In this document: positions 46,790-61,569 of the stretch, piece by piece | Layout: each line of letters starts with the position of its first letter | Numbering within the stretch: the stretch's first letter is position 1 | Program-made: the position numbers and the translations under genes | The notes under the pieces: model-generated | Database searches by the model: none | What the model was told of the DNA's origin: nothing | What the model saw: only the letters and a program-made list of their open reading frames with translations | NCBI GenBank assembly: GCA_951406725.2 | Contig: OX597818.1 | Location: 51,584,001 to 51,648,000 of the forward strand | Source: Octopus vulgaris | Taxonomy: Eukaryota | Reading direction: 5' to 3' | Length of the DNA: 64,000 nucleotides

Positions 46790-47180
46790 GTGGTCGAAAA
46801 GGGGTTCCTTTGAAGGTTCTCGGGAGTAACGTTACTTGATAGAGTGCGTAGCTCGGAAATCAGGGAGTCTCCCCAGGTCGAGCATCGACGTCAGAGCATT
46901 GAGAGGTCACAGCTCCGGTACTACGAACATATGGTAAGAATGTTGCAGGAAGGAATGGAAAGACGGATTCTTCAAGTCGAGTAAACCGGCTGGAGACATG
47001 GAGTAGACCAAGAACGAGATGGTTGGCCAATATCCATAGTCTCAGGTGGACATCGTTTGGAATCCAACAGGAAAATGCAGAGACGGTTACTTCTGATGGG
47101 ACCTTATGGAGGAAGTGCCTGAGGATTGTACCCCCATGACCCACCCAAGAATATTGATCGAAAAAGATGGATGGATGGAA
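46790..47180 (+). mobile_element. RTE-like LINE 3' end with (GGAT)n tail
   Basis: Decayed IERSQLRYYEHMVRM...RPRTRWL. A related minus-strand fragment lies at ~52230-52465. Confidence 0.65.
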
Positions 47181-47429
47181 TGTTTTCGATTTTTGTTGTG
47201 TAACTGCTACATGATAATATTAATCTTTCACAATTTATTTTTTGATGTTACGTTTGTATATTTTTTATGCAACGGTAGGTTTTCTATGAATGTTTACACA
47301 ATCAAAGAAAACTACTTTTCACATAAGACAACTTATTTTCTTTTGAAGATTCTGATGTATTTTTATTGGGGCTAAATGAGTTTTCGATATTTTGTTTTAA
47401 CTTGTTTATAAATCAAAAATTTTCAAACA

Positions 47430-47502
47430 GGGGAATTAGCTCAGATGCTAGAGCGCTCGCTTAGCATGCGAGAGGTACCGGGATCGATACACGGATTCTC
47501 CA
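47430..47502 (+). tRNA. tRNA-Ala(AGC) variant, possibly pseudogene
   Basis: Full length, but the D-loop GG is changed to GC and there is a T-stem mismatch (CACGG). Confidence 0.7.
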
Positions 47503-47539
47503 ATAACAGGTTATTTAAACTGTATCGTTTTTTCTTTTT

Positions 47540-47920
47540 AGACGCAGAAGTGACTATGTGGTAAGTACCTTGCTTATCAACCACATGGCTCCGGGTTCAT
47601 TCCCACCACGTGGCACCTTGGACAAGTATTTTCTACAATTGCTTCTGGCCGACCAAAGCCTTGTGAGTGGATTTGGTAGACGGAAACTGAAAGAAGCCCA
47701 TCGTATATGTATTTATATGTATATATGTTTGTGTGTCTGTGTTCCCCCTAGCATTGCTTGACAACCGATGCTGGTGTGTTTACGTCCCCGTAACTTAGCG
47801 GTTCGGCAAAAATACCCGATAGAATAAGTACTAGTCTTACAAAGAATAAGTCCTGGGGTCGATTTGCTCGACTAAAGGCGGGGCTCCAGCATGGCAGCAG
47901 TCAAATGAGTGAAACAAGAG
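47540..47920 (+). mobile_element. CORE-type SINE (family A)
   Basis: Consensus match. Confidence 0.85.
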
Positions 47921-48007
47921 TGCATGGATTTTTTTTATTATTAGCATCATATTTCTTACGATAACTGCTAATATAATGGACATTGTTTGCATTTCTACAG
48001 ACGGTAT

Positions 48008-49816
48008 TCTTTGATATCTTTCGGCACCCTCTTTGATATATTTCGGCACCCCCTTTGATCTCTTTCGGGATTCCTCTTTGATCTCTGTCGGCACCCTCTT
48101 TGATCTCTTTCGGCACCCTCCTTGATCTCTTTCGGTACCCTCTTTGATCTCTTTCGGCACCCTCTTTGATCTCTTTCGGCACACCCTTTGATCTCTTTCG
48201 GGATTCTTCTTTGATCTCTTTCGGGATTCCTCTTTGATCTCTTTCGGGATTCCTCTTTGATCTCTTTCGGGATTCCTCTTTGATCTCTTTCGGGATTCCT
48301 CTTTGATCTCTTTCGGGATTCCTCTTTGATCTCTTTCGGGATTCCTCTTTGATCTCTGTCGGCACCCTCTTTGATCTCTTTCGGCACCCCATTGATCTCT
48401 TTCGGCACCCTTTGATTACTTTCGGCACCCTCTTTGATCTCTTTCGGCACCCTCTTTGATCTCTTTCGGCACCCCCTTTGATCTCTTTCGGCACCCTCTT
48501 TGATCTCTTTCGGCACCCCCCTTTGATCTCTTTCGGGATTCCTCTTTGATCTCTTTCGGCACCCCATTGATCTCTTTCGGCACCCCTTTGATCTCTTTCG
48601 GCACCCTCTTTGATCTCTTTCGGCACCCTCTTTGATCTCTTTCGGCACCCACTTTGATCTCTTTCGGCACCCTCTTTAATGTCTTTCGGCACCCTCTTTG
48701 ATCTCTTTCGGGATTCCTCTTTGATCTCTTTCGGCACGCTCTTCGACCTCTTTCGGCACCCCTTTGATCTCTTTCGGGATTCCTCTTTAATCTCTTTCGG
48801 CACCCTCTTTGATCTCTTTCGGCACCCTCTTTGATATTTTTTGGGACCCTCTTTGATCTCTTTCGGCACCCTCTTTGATCTCTTTCGGAACCCTCTTTGA
48901 TCTCTTTCGGCAACCTCTTTGATCTCTTTCGGCACCCTCTTTGATCTCTTTCGGCATCCCTTTGATCTCTTTCGGGATTCCTCTTTGATCTCTGTCAGCA
49001 CCCTCTTTGATCTCTTTCGGCACCCTCTTTGATCTTTTTCGGCACCCTCTTTGATGTCTTTCGGCACCCTCTTTGATCTCTTTCGGCACCCTTTGATCTC
49101 TTTCGGGATTCCTCTTTGATCTCTGTCGGCACCCTCTTTGATCTCTTTCGGGATTCCTCTTTGATCTCTGTCGGCACCTTCTTTGATCTCTTTCGGCACC
49201 CTCTTTGATCTCTTTCGGCACCCTCTTTGATCTCTTTCGGCACCCTCTTTGATATTTTTCGGGACCCTCTCTGATTTCTTTCGGCACCCTCTTTGATCTC
49301 TTTCGGCACCCTCTTTTATCTCTTTCGGGATTCCTCTTTGATCTCTGTCGGCACCCTCTTTGATCTCTGTCGGCACCCTCTTTAATATCTTTCGGCACCC
49401 TCTTTGATCTCTTTCGGCACCCCTTTGAACTCTTTCGGGATCCCTCTTTGATCTCTGTCGGTACACTCTTTGATCTCTGTCGGCATCCTCTTTGATCTAT
49501 TTCGGCACCCTCTTTGATCTCTTTCGGCACCCTCTTTGATCTCTTTCGGGACTCCTCTTTGATCTCTTTCGGCACCCTTATTGATCTCTTTCGGCACCCT
49601 CTTTGATCTCTTTCGGGACTCCTCTTTGATCTCTTTCGGCACCCTCTTTGATCTCTTTCGGGACTCCTCTTTGATCTCTTTCGGGACTCCTCTTTTATCT
49701 CTTTCGGCACCCTCTTTGATCTCTTTCGGCACCCTCTTTGATCTGTTTCGGGACTCTGATCTCTTTCGGCACCCTCTTTGATCTGTTTCGGGACTCTGAT
49801 CTCTTTCGGCACCCTC
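48008..49816. repeat. 21-23-bp minisatellite (CGGCACCCTCTTTGATCTCTTT / CGGGATTCCTCTTTGATCTCTTT)
   Basis: About 1.8 kb of interspersed unit variants. Confidence 0.96.
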
Positions 49817-50357
49817 TTGTCAAAATTGTTTCAAAATTTTTGGCACAATGCCAGAAGAGGTAAGTCGATTTCATCGATATCAGTTCTAAACTGATACTTA
49901 TTTTTATCGACTCGGAAAAGATGAATGGTAAAGTTGACTTCGGTGACATTTAATATTTATTTCTTTATTGCCCTAAGGGGGACAAACAAGGACAGACGAA
50001 GAGATTAAGTCGATTCGGCCGATCCCAGTACGACCCCCGAAAGTATCAAAGGGAAAGTCGACCTCGGCGGAATTTGAACTCAGAACGTAAAAGCAGACGA
50101 AATACCTATTTCTTTACTACCCACAAGGGGCTAAACACATAGAGGACAAACAAGGACAGACAAAGGGATTAAGTCGATTATATCGACCCCAGTGCGTAAC
50201 TGGTACTTATTTAATCGACCCCGAAAGGATGAAAGGCAAAGTCGATCTCACTTATATAAGTGCAGTTTGAATATGCAAATACACATATTCAAATACATAT
50301 AAGAATTTAAATACATGAATAATACAATAAAAAGTTTAAAAAAAGCAAAAATAAAAA

Positions 50358-50430
50358 TGGAGAATCCGGGTATCGATCCCGGTACCTCTCGCATGCTAAG
50401 CAAGCGCTCTACCACTTGAGCTAATTCCCC
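50358..50430 (-). tRNA. tRNA-Ala(AGC)
   Basis: Identical to 33300-33372 in reverse, with a T5 terminator directly downstream. Confidence 0.93.
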
Positions 50431-50779
50431 CCTCGCAATGAATTGCCGCCAAAACTAAATCCATATAATATATTAAGTTGAATCAATGGCATATTAGTAT
50501 CTGGTTAGGTACGTAGTAAGTACAAATGTTTTCAACTAAAATTTGTTTGGAATTTCACTGAAAGTCTACACCATTGGTTCCCGAAGTGGACAGAACCGCA
50601 CACTTGTGGTGGAAGAGAGAGCCAGGGAGGCATTGAAGAAAAATGGGGCGATAATGGATGGCAATACCCCCTCTACTTATCAGTGGTACACTCGACTTTT
50701 GACAGTAATGTTTAAAAATCGAACTAAAAACACATAATTGGAACAATCTCATCAAAAACAAAAACAATGTTAGACAAAT

Positions 50780-50852
50780 TGGAGAATCCGGGCATTGATC
50801 CCGGTACCTCTCGCATGCTAAGCAAGCGCTCTACCACTTGAGCTAATTCCCC
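50780..50852 (-). tRNA. tRNA-Ala(AGC)
   Basis: Intact cloverleaf with T-loop ATCAATG. Confidence 0.9.
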
Positions 50853-51664
50853 ACTCACGCTAAATTGCCGCCAAAACTAAATCCATATAATATATTTAGT
50901 TGAATCAATGGCATATTAGTAACTGGTTATTCAGACAATACTAAAGTTGGCGACTAAATATTCTTCATGGAGATGAGAAATTTGATTGTACATCTAAATT
51001 TTCTCAGCTAAAGAAATCTATCCAAACAGAAGCTGCAGTAGGAAACATTAAAAAAATGGTAAAAAATATGTATATATACATATATACGACGGGCTTCTTT
51101 CAGTTTCCGTTTACCAAATCCACTCACAAGGCTTTGGTCGGCCCGAGGCTATAGTAGAAGACACCCAATGTGCCATGCAGTGGGACTTTACCCGGAACCA
51201 TGTGGTCGGTAAGTAAGCTACTTACCACACAGCCACTCCTCCGCCTATACATACATTATAATATATTTTATTGATTTTTCATGATTGAAATTAAAGTGGA
51301 GGGTGGGGTGAGTGGGGGAATAATGATAATTGCATATAAAATGACAGAAACGTTCTGTGATTCGAATGTTCTGCATCGGCAAAAAATCCTTTAATAAAGC
51401 TCACAAAACGAAGACTATAGAATCTCTCGTTAAACGCAACTGCAAACTTTAAATCGCCCGCAGAAATATCGATTAAATATTGTGTAATCATTCGTTATTT
51501 CTTTATGACTGTTTATAATGTAATCATTCCTAGATTTCCAAAAACTATTCTGAAATTTGCGTTTCAATGAATTTAATGCTTGAATATATAGTTGCACTCA
51601 AAAAGCGTTTCAAAACTTTTATGAATATATATTTCTCATCAGTATAGCCTAGTATAGCTTTTTA

Positions 51665-51920
51665 ATATTCTCCCAAAGAGTCTGAGGAACCTGCACAAAG
51701 TAGATGTAGGCGTTTTTAAATCAAAGCTGGACATCTTCCTGTCGGGAGTCCCAGAGGAACCTACCTCACGGCAAGAGGTGCAAATGAGGGTAGCTACATC
51801 AAACTCCATTCTTCACCAAGTGCCACATATTGGTGGAGGCTCTCAGTAATAACTGTGTAGCAAAACGGCGGTGCATCAGTATGGCCGCAGCTATGAGCTG
51901 AAACTACAGCAAGAAAAGAT
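51665..51920 (+). mobile_element. CR1-like LINE 3' end including 3' UTR
   Basis: NILPKSLRNLHKVDVGVFKSKLDIFLSGVPEEPT (homologous to 10110-10290), then stop, then GGCGGTGCATCAGTATGGCCGCAG...CTGAAAC...AAGAAAAGA. Confidence 0.8.
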
Positions 51921-51952
51921 AGCTGGATTTAAAGTAGGGTATATTAGGATTT

Positions 51953-52190
51953 GGAGGCGCGTGGCTTAGTGGTTAGGGTGTTGAACTCATGATCGTAAGG
52001 TTGTGGTTTCGATTCCTGGACCAGGCGATGCGTTGTGTTCTTGAGCAAAACACTTCATTTCACGTTGCTCCAGTCTACTCAGCTGGCAAAAATCCTGCGA
52101 CCGATCGGCGTCCCGTCCAGGTGGGGAATTTCTACGCCACTGAAACCGGGAAACCGGCCCTTATGAGCTTGGCATGGCTCAAGAAGGAAC
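51953..52190 (+). mobile_element. tRNA-derived SINE (family C-related)
   Basis: GGAGGCGCGTGGCTTAGTGGTTAGGG...GGTTTCGATTCC. TSD-like ATATTAGGATTT. Confidence 0.8.
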
Positions 52191-52502
52191 ATATTAGGAT
52201 TTAATAATTAATTCATTTTCTTTGATATCCTTCCATCCATATTCGCCCACTATTCTTGGGAGGGTCGTAGGGATAGAGCACTTTGGCAGCTCCTCCATAA
52301 GACCTTGACAAAGCAACAATCATTGCAGTTTCAGCTTGGATTCCCAAACTTTAGCAACTAAAAGTAAGGATATTATCCAGCAATATTGCTTTTGATCTAC
52401 CCCTTGGTCTCCTGCCTGTTGGCTCGGCTTGAAGAATCCCTCTTGCGAATCTTTTCTGGACATTCTAATCACATATGTGTAGTAAAGGGGTGTGACCTCC
52501 CA

Positions 52503-52559
<57 letters not shown>

Positions 52560-52569
52560 AGTGAGTCTG

Positions 52570-52927
52570 GTATGGTTCCGGGTTCAGTCTCACTGTGTGG
52601 CACCTTGGGCAAGTGTCTTCTACTATTGCCTCGGACCGACCAATGCCTTGTGAGTGGATTTGGTAGACGGAAACTGAAAGACGCCCGTCGTATATATGTA
52701 TATATATATATATATATGTATGTGTGTCTATATGTTTGTGTGTCCGTGTTTGTCCCCCCAACATCGCTTGACAACCGATGCTGGTGTGTTTATGTCCCCG
52801 TAACTTAGCGGTTCGTCAAAAGAGACCGATAGAATAAGTACTAGGCTTCCAAAGAATAAGCCCTGGGGTCGATTTGCTCGGACCGACCAATGCCTTGTGA
52901 GTGGATTTGGTAGACGGAAACTGAAAG
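52570..52927 (+). mobile_element. CORE-type SINE (family A) with internal duplication
   Basis: Consensus match. The CTCGGACCGACC...GAAACTGAAAG segment is repeated at ~52877. Confidence 0.8.
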
Positions 52928-54046
52928 GTTGGTAAAAGAATCTCTCGTCTTCTTTGGCTGTCATTGCAAAACAAATAAGCGCCACTTCCAAGTGGTAGTA
53001 CTTTATTCGTATTGAGGTTTTCTATTTCTATTTTATATAAGAGTAAAGTTACTTTCATGAGATTCTTATTCCCATTCGAAATTAAATTTCTATTCCGTTT
53101 CAAATGTAAATTCATGAACTTTGACATTAACATTGTTGAACAATATAATTATGTGCAACAAAATCTCCACAAACTAGAAATCCTAGCCATAATTAGAATC
53201 CCCATGAACGACAATCACGAAATATCAATATGGAATAGGATATAAACAACAAAATCCATCATAAACTAAGAAACCAAGAACCCCTTAACAAGTTCAATCC
53301 TACGAGAATGAAGGACAAGTTAGAATATCGAGAACACAAAATTCAAAACATTCACAGACGATAAGCATATAAGACATATATTCCCATCATCAGCTGCTCA
53401 ACGGATGCCACTGTGGTTTCGACACTTGGACAGTAAAGGCATAAATCTAGGTCGTTGATATTCAACATAGAAATAATATAATACAGCGTGATATGATTTG
53501 TGAAAAACCTTTTGGTAAAGTTAAGCTGATATTTATACACATTTAATGGGTAGAAACCACGCCCCCTCTATTCTTAATACATTTTTAATTCGTAAGTTTG
53601 TTCTTAGCAGTAGAAGATTGTTTATACTATGTGGTTTATATTTTTTTTTTCTTATTTCAAAACTTACAACGAGATAAATTGTCGATAACATAGATTTTAT
53701 GTATCGCAGAAATGTTGTATTAAAACCACAGTTTACTTATGTAGAATAATAAATAACTACTTTATCGCTTGCTGTATAGCACTGCAGCGTTATTCATCAT
53801 ATTGTTTCGCCGGTGAAGAGGATTCGCCTTCTCTACTAAATCTTGCCTTCCATACTAAAAATAGCCACTATCACTTAATACAAAGTAATACTATACGTGA
53901 AAGTATAACCATACATGAACGAACTGCAGAAAGAAAGAAAAAGAAAATGAGAAATTATATGCAAGTTTATTATATACTATAGCCTCGGGCCGACCAAAGC
54001 CTTCTAAGTGGATTTGGTAGACGGAAACAGAAAGAAGCCCGTCGTA

Positions 54047-54113
<67 letters not shown>

Positions 54114-54218
54114 ATATGTTTGTGTGTCTGTGTTTATCACTGCCCGGAATCGAACTCGGAATCTTAAGGTTAGTAGCCCGCACTCTTAACCACTACGCCA
54201 TATACCCATAGGTAGTGA

Positions 54219-54221
<3 letters not shown>

Positions 54222-54278
<57 letters not shown>

Positions 54279-54292
54279 TGATGATGATGATG

Positions 54293-54326
<34 letters not shown>

Positions 54327-54327
54327 T

Positions 54328-54410
<83 letters not shown>

Positions 54411-54417
54411 AATGATG

Positions 54418-54470
<53 letters not shown>
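54222..54470. repeat. (AAT)n/(GAT)n microsatellite
   Basis: Directly visible. Confidence 0.97.
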
Positions 54471-54521
54471 AACATCGAAAAATACCTTAGGAATGAGAAC
54501 CCCCGTTCGAAATTTCCCCAA

Positions 54522-54567
54522 GACACCTGATGAAGGCTGGAGGGTATATTAGCCGAAACATTGTGTT
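54522..54567 (+). ncRNA. Hammerhead-like motif in a PLE-like short element (~54470-54665)
   Basis: GACAC-CTGATGA-A-GGCTG...TAGCC-GAAAC-ATT-GTGTT. A partial second copy at ~42960 reads GAAACGTTGTGTT (palindromic AACGTT). Confidence 0.6.
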
Positions 54568-55392
54568 AACAACAAACAAGATGAAAACAAATATCCGTCA
54601 AATTTAAATAATGTAAATAATGTAAATAATGTACATAATTCTTCATCTCGTAAATATAGAACTGTATTAGGATCGATTTATTCGACTAAATTCTTCAAGG
54701 TGATACCCCAGTACGGTTGCAATACAATGATTGAAACAAGGAAAAGATTTTTAAAAAAATGAAAGATTCGTAAAAACAAAAGTAGATAGAACTGTAAATA
54801 TTGTTTTCTACTCTAAGCACAAGGCCCGAAATTTTGGGGGAGAGGGCTAATCGATTTGATCGACCCCAGGATCTAATTTATCAAACCCGAAATGATAAAA
54901 GGCAAAGCAGACCTCAGCGGAGTTTGAACTCAGAACGTAAAGGTATACGAAATACCGCTAGCATTTCGCCCGGTGTGCTAACGTTTCTGCCAGCTCACCG
55001 CCATGATAGAACAGTAAGTATTACTTGTCTTCAAGATTATAAGAACGGGAATACAAAGCTGCTCTGCAATACATAGATTGCTTCACCAACACGATCAACC
55101 TTATTAGACAACGATGGCTTTTTAATTAAACAGTATTTCTCTGGTAATGGATTATTGGATTTGATTAGGTGAATATACTTTTATAAATATTATGAAATTT
55201 AACGACTTAAGTCACTAATAATACTAGATAAAAAAGTTGTCGATAATATAGGTGCAGGAGTGGCTGTGTGGTAAGAAGCTTGATTCCCAACGACATAGTT
55301 CCGTGTTCAGTCTCACTGCGTGGCACCTTGGGCAAGTGTCTTCTAAAGCCTTGTGAATGGATTTGGTAAACGTAAACTGAAAGAAGCCCATC

Positions 55393-55446
<54 letters not shown>

Positions 55447-55448
<2 letters not shown>

Positions 55449-55650
55449 GTCCGGCATTCGCCATTATAGATCGCTAGCCATTACACATTCTTTATTTTCT
55501 CTTCTTGTTTCTTTTTGTGTTCCTTTCTGTAGAAGAGCGTAGGCTCGAAACGTAAAAGACTTTTTCACTTCCCGAGCGTTAAACTAATACATCTGTTTGT
55601 TGTCTACACCACCTGTCTTCGTCTTCTGTTTTTTTTGTGAATTCTCCCCA
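55447..55650 (+). mobile_element. (TA)n-embedded short element with a degenerate hammerhead-like motif (55523-55558); related copy at 60960-61146
   Basis: CTTT-CTGTAGA-A-GAGC(GTAG)GCTC-GAAAC-GTA-AAAG, with (TA)n on both sides. Confidence 0.6.
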
Positions 55651-56074
55651 TATATATATATATATACAAACACACACAAGCGTACATAAGAGATATACTG
55701 ATTAATTTTTTTATCGCTCACAGGGGGCTAAATATAGAGGGAACAAACAAGGACAGACGAAGGGATTATGTGGGTAGGCTGAGGGTGGGGCTAGAGGTGG
55801 GGTATGTGGGAGTTGGTGTAAGAGATGGGGTGGGAGTAGGATGGGATGGATAGGGAAGGTGGGGTTGGATTGTGTAGGTGTAGGGTTACGAGGGAGGGGT
55901 GACGATGAAGGTAGATGGGGACGGAAGAATGTGGGTAGGAATGAAGAGAAGAGAGGAGAGTAGGAGTGAAGAGAAGCAGGAGTCGGAGCAAGAGAAGAGA
56001 GGTGGGTGGGAGGAAGTAGGTATGAGAGGGAGAGTGGAGAGGGGTGGAGAGTTGAGCCCATGTGGCACAAAGGA

Positions 56075-56650
<576 letters not shown>

Positions 56651-57483
56651 TGCTTTCAGTTTCCGTCTAACAAATACACTTACGAGGCTTTAGTCGGCCC
56701 AAAGCTCTAGTAGAAGACGCTTGCCCAAGATGCCTCGCAGAAGAACTGAACCCGGAATCATGTGATTGAGAAGCAAGCTTCTTACGCACAACCACGGTAA
56801 GCTAGCAGAATTGTTAGCATCGGAAAAAAAAGTTTTTATGGCACGCAGTTCTGAGTTCAAACTCAGCCGAAGTAAACCTCACCTTTCAGCCTATCAGCGT
56901 CGATAAGAAAAACATACCTATTTCTTTACTACCCACTGAGAAGACAAACAAGGACAGACAAACGGATTAAGTCGATTATATCGACCCCAGTGCGTAACTG
57001 GTACTTATTTAAACGACCCCGAAAGGAAGAAAGGCAAAGTCGACCTCGTCGGAATTTGAACTCAGAACGTAACGGCAAACGAAATACGGCTACGCATTTC
57101 GCCCGGCGTGCTAACGATTCTGCCAGCTCGCCGCCTTAAGAAAAACATACCAGTCATGTACTAGGGTCAATAAAATCAACTAACATCCTCCCTTCGAAAA
57201 CTGTTGAACTTGTACCTAAATCAGAAAACTAAGGTTGTGATGAATCATTCATAAATATATTTATGACGATATAATTGCCAGGTTTTGGATGAGGTTTGCA
57301 ATGTTTGTCTGCTCCAATGGAAATGTTGATCGAAATTTAGTTGCTTAAAAAACAAAATGCAATAAATATAAATTCCGCTCCTGTATAAGTCGAATAAAAG
57401 AAGAATGGTGAGAATTTTACAGTTTAATTGATTTTGTTTTTATTTGTTAAAAGATTAAGATATTTAGAAGACAAACACACACC

Positions 57484-58668
<1,185 letters not shown>

Positions 58669-58885
58669 TAAAGCACAATGGAACTTCAGGCAATTTTAAG
58701 CTGTACTTATCTTTGCTCGAATCACTTCTGCAGTATTACTGAACAACAGCAAAAACAACGGTCTTCTGATCCCAACATAACAATCATACCACTTAATTAC
58801 AATAATTAGAAATGCAAATATGTTATAAAGACCCTTGAGAAGAAATGGGTCGTCAAGCTTTTGAATAGAAGCATGCCAAACATAA

Positions 58886-59307
58886 GGCGGCGAGGTGGCA
58901 GAATCGTTTGCACGCCGGGTGAAATGCTTAGCGGTATTTAGTCCGTCGTTACGTTGAAATTACGAGTTCAAATTCCGCCGAGGTCGACTTTGCCTTTCAT
59001 CCTTTCGGGGTCGATAAATTAAGTACCAGTTACGCTCTGGGGTCGATATAATCAACTTAATCCGTTTGTTTGTCCTTGATTGTCCTCTTTGTGTTTAGCC
59101 CCTTGTGGGTAGTAAAGAAATAGGTATTTCGTCTGCCGTTACGTTCTGAGTTGAAATTCCGCCGAGGTCGACTTTGCCTTTCTTCCTTTTGGGGTCGATA
59201 AATTAAGTACTAGTTACGCACTGGGGTCGATGAAATCGACTTAATCCGTTTGTTCTGTCCTTGTTTGTCCCCTGTGTGTTTAGCCCCTTGTAGGCAATAA
59301 AGAAATA
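58886..59307 (+). mobile_element. Dimeric SINE family B
   Basis: Two tandem bodies. TSD-like AGAAGCA(T/G)GCCAAA. Confidence 0.85.
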
Positions 59308-59754
59308 AGAAGCAGGCCAAATACAAGAACCTTTTGGTGTGTTGCGGGTAGAAGGAATGACAGGCGTGGCTATTTCCAGACGAGGTTGACTTTAGACGAT
59401 TCCCTGCTCAGTCAGTATTGAGAAGGCTTACAGCCATTGAAATAACGGAAAGTGAGAAAAAGGCAGCTGTGAGCAGGATATAAGAGACAACAGAAAGGGT
59501 CTCTTAAAAGTTATGGAGCGCAGGGATTAGTTAACCTGGAAACTTAGAAAGAATGATGAGCTGTGAATTGGCTACCACGGGTTACTCATCGGTGGGAAGG
59601 TGTGACGGTTCAGGATCGAAATACCGAATGATCTTTGGATAGACCCGATGGCATCAAATCCTTCTTTTCAAAGTTACACTTACGAAAGGTGAATGGAGAG
59701 GCATCTTCTTTTTAGACATAATCAATATGTTATATACTTGATCGGATATCTTTT

Positions 59755-59937
59755 ATCTTTTATTTGTTTCAGTCATTAGACCGCGGCCATGCTGTAGCAC
59801 TGCTTTTAAGAATTTTTAGCTGAATGAATCGACCCCAAGTACTCTGTTTTGCCGAACCGCTAAGTTGCGGTAACGTAAACACACCAACACTAGTTGTCAA
59901 TCGGTGGTGGGAGACAGACAAACACACACACACACGC

Positions 59938-60007
<70 letters not shown>

Positions 60008-60365
60008 ACACACACTTCTTTCGGGTTCTGTCTACCAAATCCACTCGCAAGACTTTGGTCGGCCCGAGCGCGCCGGGCGAAATGCTTAGCGGTATTTCGT
60101 CTGCCGCTACGTTCTGAGTTCAAATTCCGCCGAGGTCGACTTTGCCTTTCATCCTTTTGGGGTCGATTAAACAAGTACCAGTTACGCATTGGGGTCGATA
60201 TAATCGACTTAATCCGTTTGTCTGTCCTTGTTTGTCCTCTTTGTGTTTAGCCCCATGAGGGTAGTAAAGAAATATATAGCAGAAGACACTTGCCCAAGGT
60301 ACTACGCAGTAAGACTGAACCCGCAACCATGTGGTTGGGAAGCAAGCCTCTCGCCACAGAGCCAC
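59755..60365 (-). mobile_element. Family A SINE with a nested plus-strand family B SINE (~60068-60272)
   Basis: Family A halves flank a family B body. Confidence 0.8.
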
Positions 60366-61143
60366 CATATATTTTCGCGCAGGCAGTACCATCCACGCAA
60401 GCAAGCATTATAGAACGTACGAAGACAACCTGTTTTAAAAAGTTTTCACGACAGTGACAGGTTTTATAAATAAATACCATTAACACTTTGATAACTTAAG
60501 CGTACGTATAAAAAAAATGATATAACATACAAAATAAACAATATTTTTCCATTGTCAATAATTTCAGGATTTTAATGCCGTTTCTTACCAGTATTCATCA
60601 AAATGTGCAAATTTGTGCATCCCTCTTCAATTCAATTTTTCTCCATTTGCGGTTTTTCCTTTTATAGATGAAATCTTGAATTTGTTTCCCCTCAAAATTT
60701 GCGGAGTAAAGAAACTTTATATCACAATACTATTTCTGTACTAAAATTTAAATGCTTGAAAGAGATAAGCATTTTCGTTACAGAAAGTATGGCTGTGTGG
60801 TAAGAAGTTTGCTTCCCAAGCACATGGTTCGAAGTCCAGTCTCACTGCGTGTTTACCTTGGACAAATGTCCTCTACTATAGCCCCAGGCTTACCGAAGCC
60901 TTGTGAGTGGATTTGGTACTCAAGGAAACTGCTGAAAAATGCCCGTCACATATATATGCTGGACTGTTAAAATCTGCAAGAATTTTTCCATTCTCTCTCA
61001 CTTTATTTTCTCGTATTCCTTTCTGTTGAAGAGCGTAGGCCCGAAACGTAAAACACTTTTTCATTTTCCCGAACGTCAAACTAATGCACTTGCTTGTTGT
61101 TCATACACCTGTCTTCGTCTTTTGTTTTTCTATTAATTTCAAC

Positions 61144-61218
<75 letters not shown>

Positions 61219-61233
61219 GTGTGTATATGTATG

Positions 61234-61266
<33 letters not shown>

Positions 61267-61530
61267 ACATATATGCATACATAGGTACAGGACGTCACCA
61301 ACTGTAAACAACATGAAGTGCGAAAACATGCTGGGGTTTTGACTTGAAGAATTTTTACTCGAATGCATCGATCTCAGGACATATTATTTAAAAAAATCTT
61401 GTCCTTATTCTATCGGTATTTTTTGCTGAACTGATAAGTTACGGGGACGTAAACACACTAGCACCATTTGTCCGTTGGTGGGTTGTAGGACAAACACACA
61501 TACACACACACCCACACACACACACGCACG

Positions 61531-61567
<37 letters not shown>

Positions 61568-61569
<2 letters not shown>

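Noticed and set aside
47837-49949. Long Lys/Arg/Glu-rich ORFs (up to 521 aa) on the minus strand
   Set aside because: They are translations of a 21-23-bp minisatellite whose reverse strand lacks stops in all frames. Unit lengths are mostly not multiples of three.
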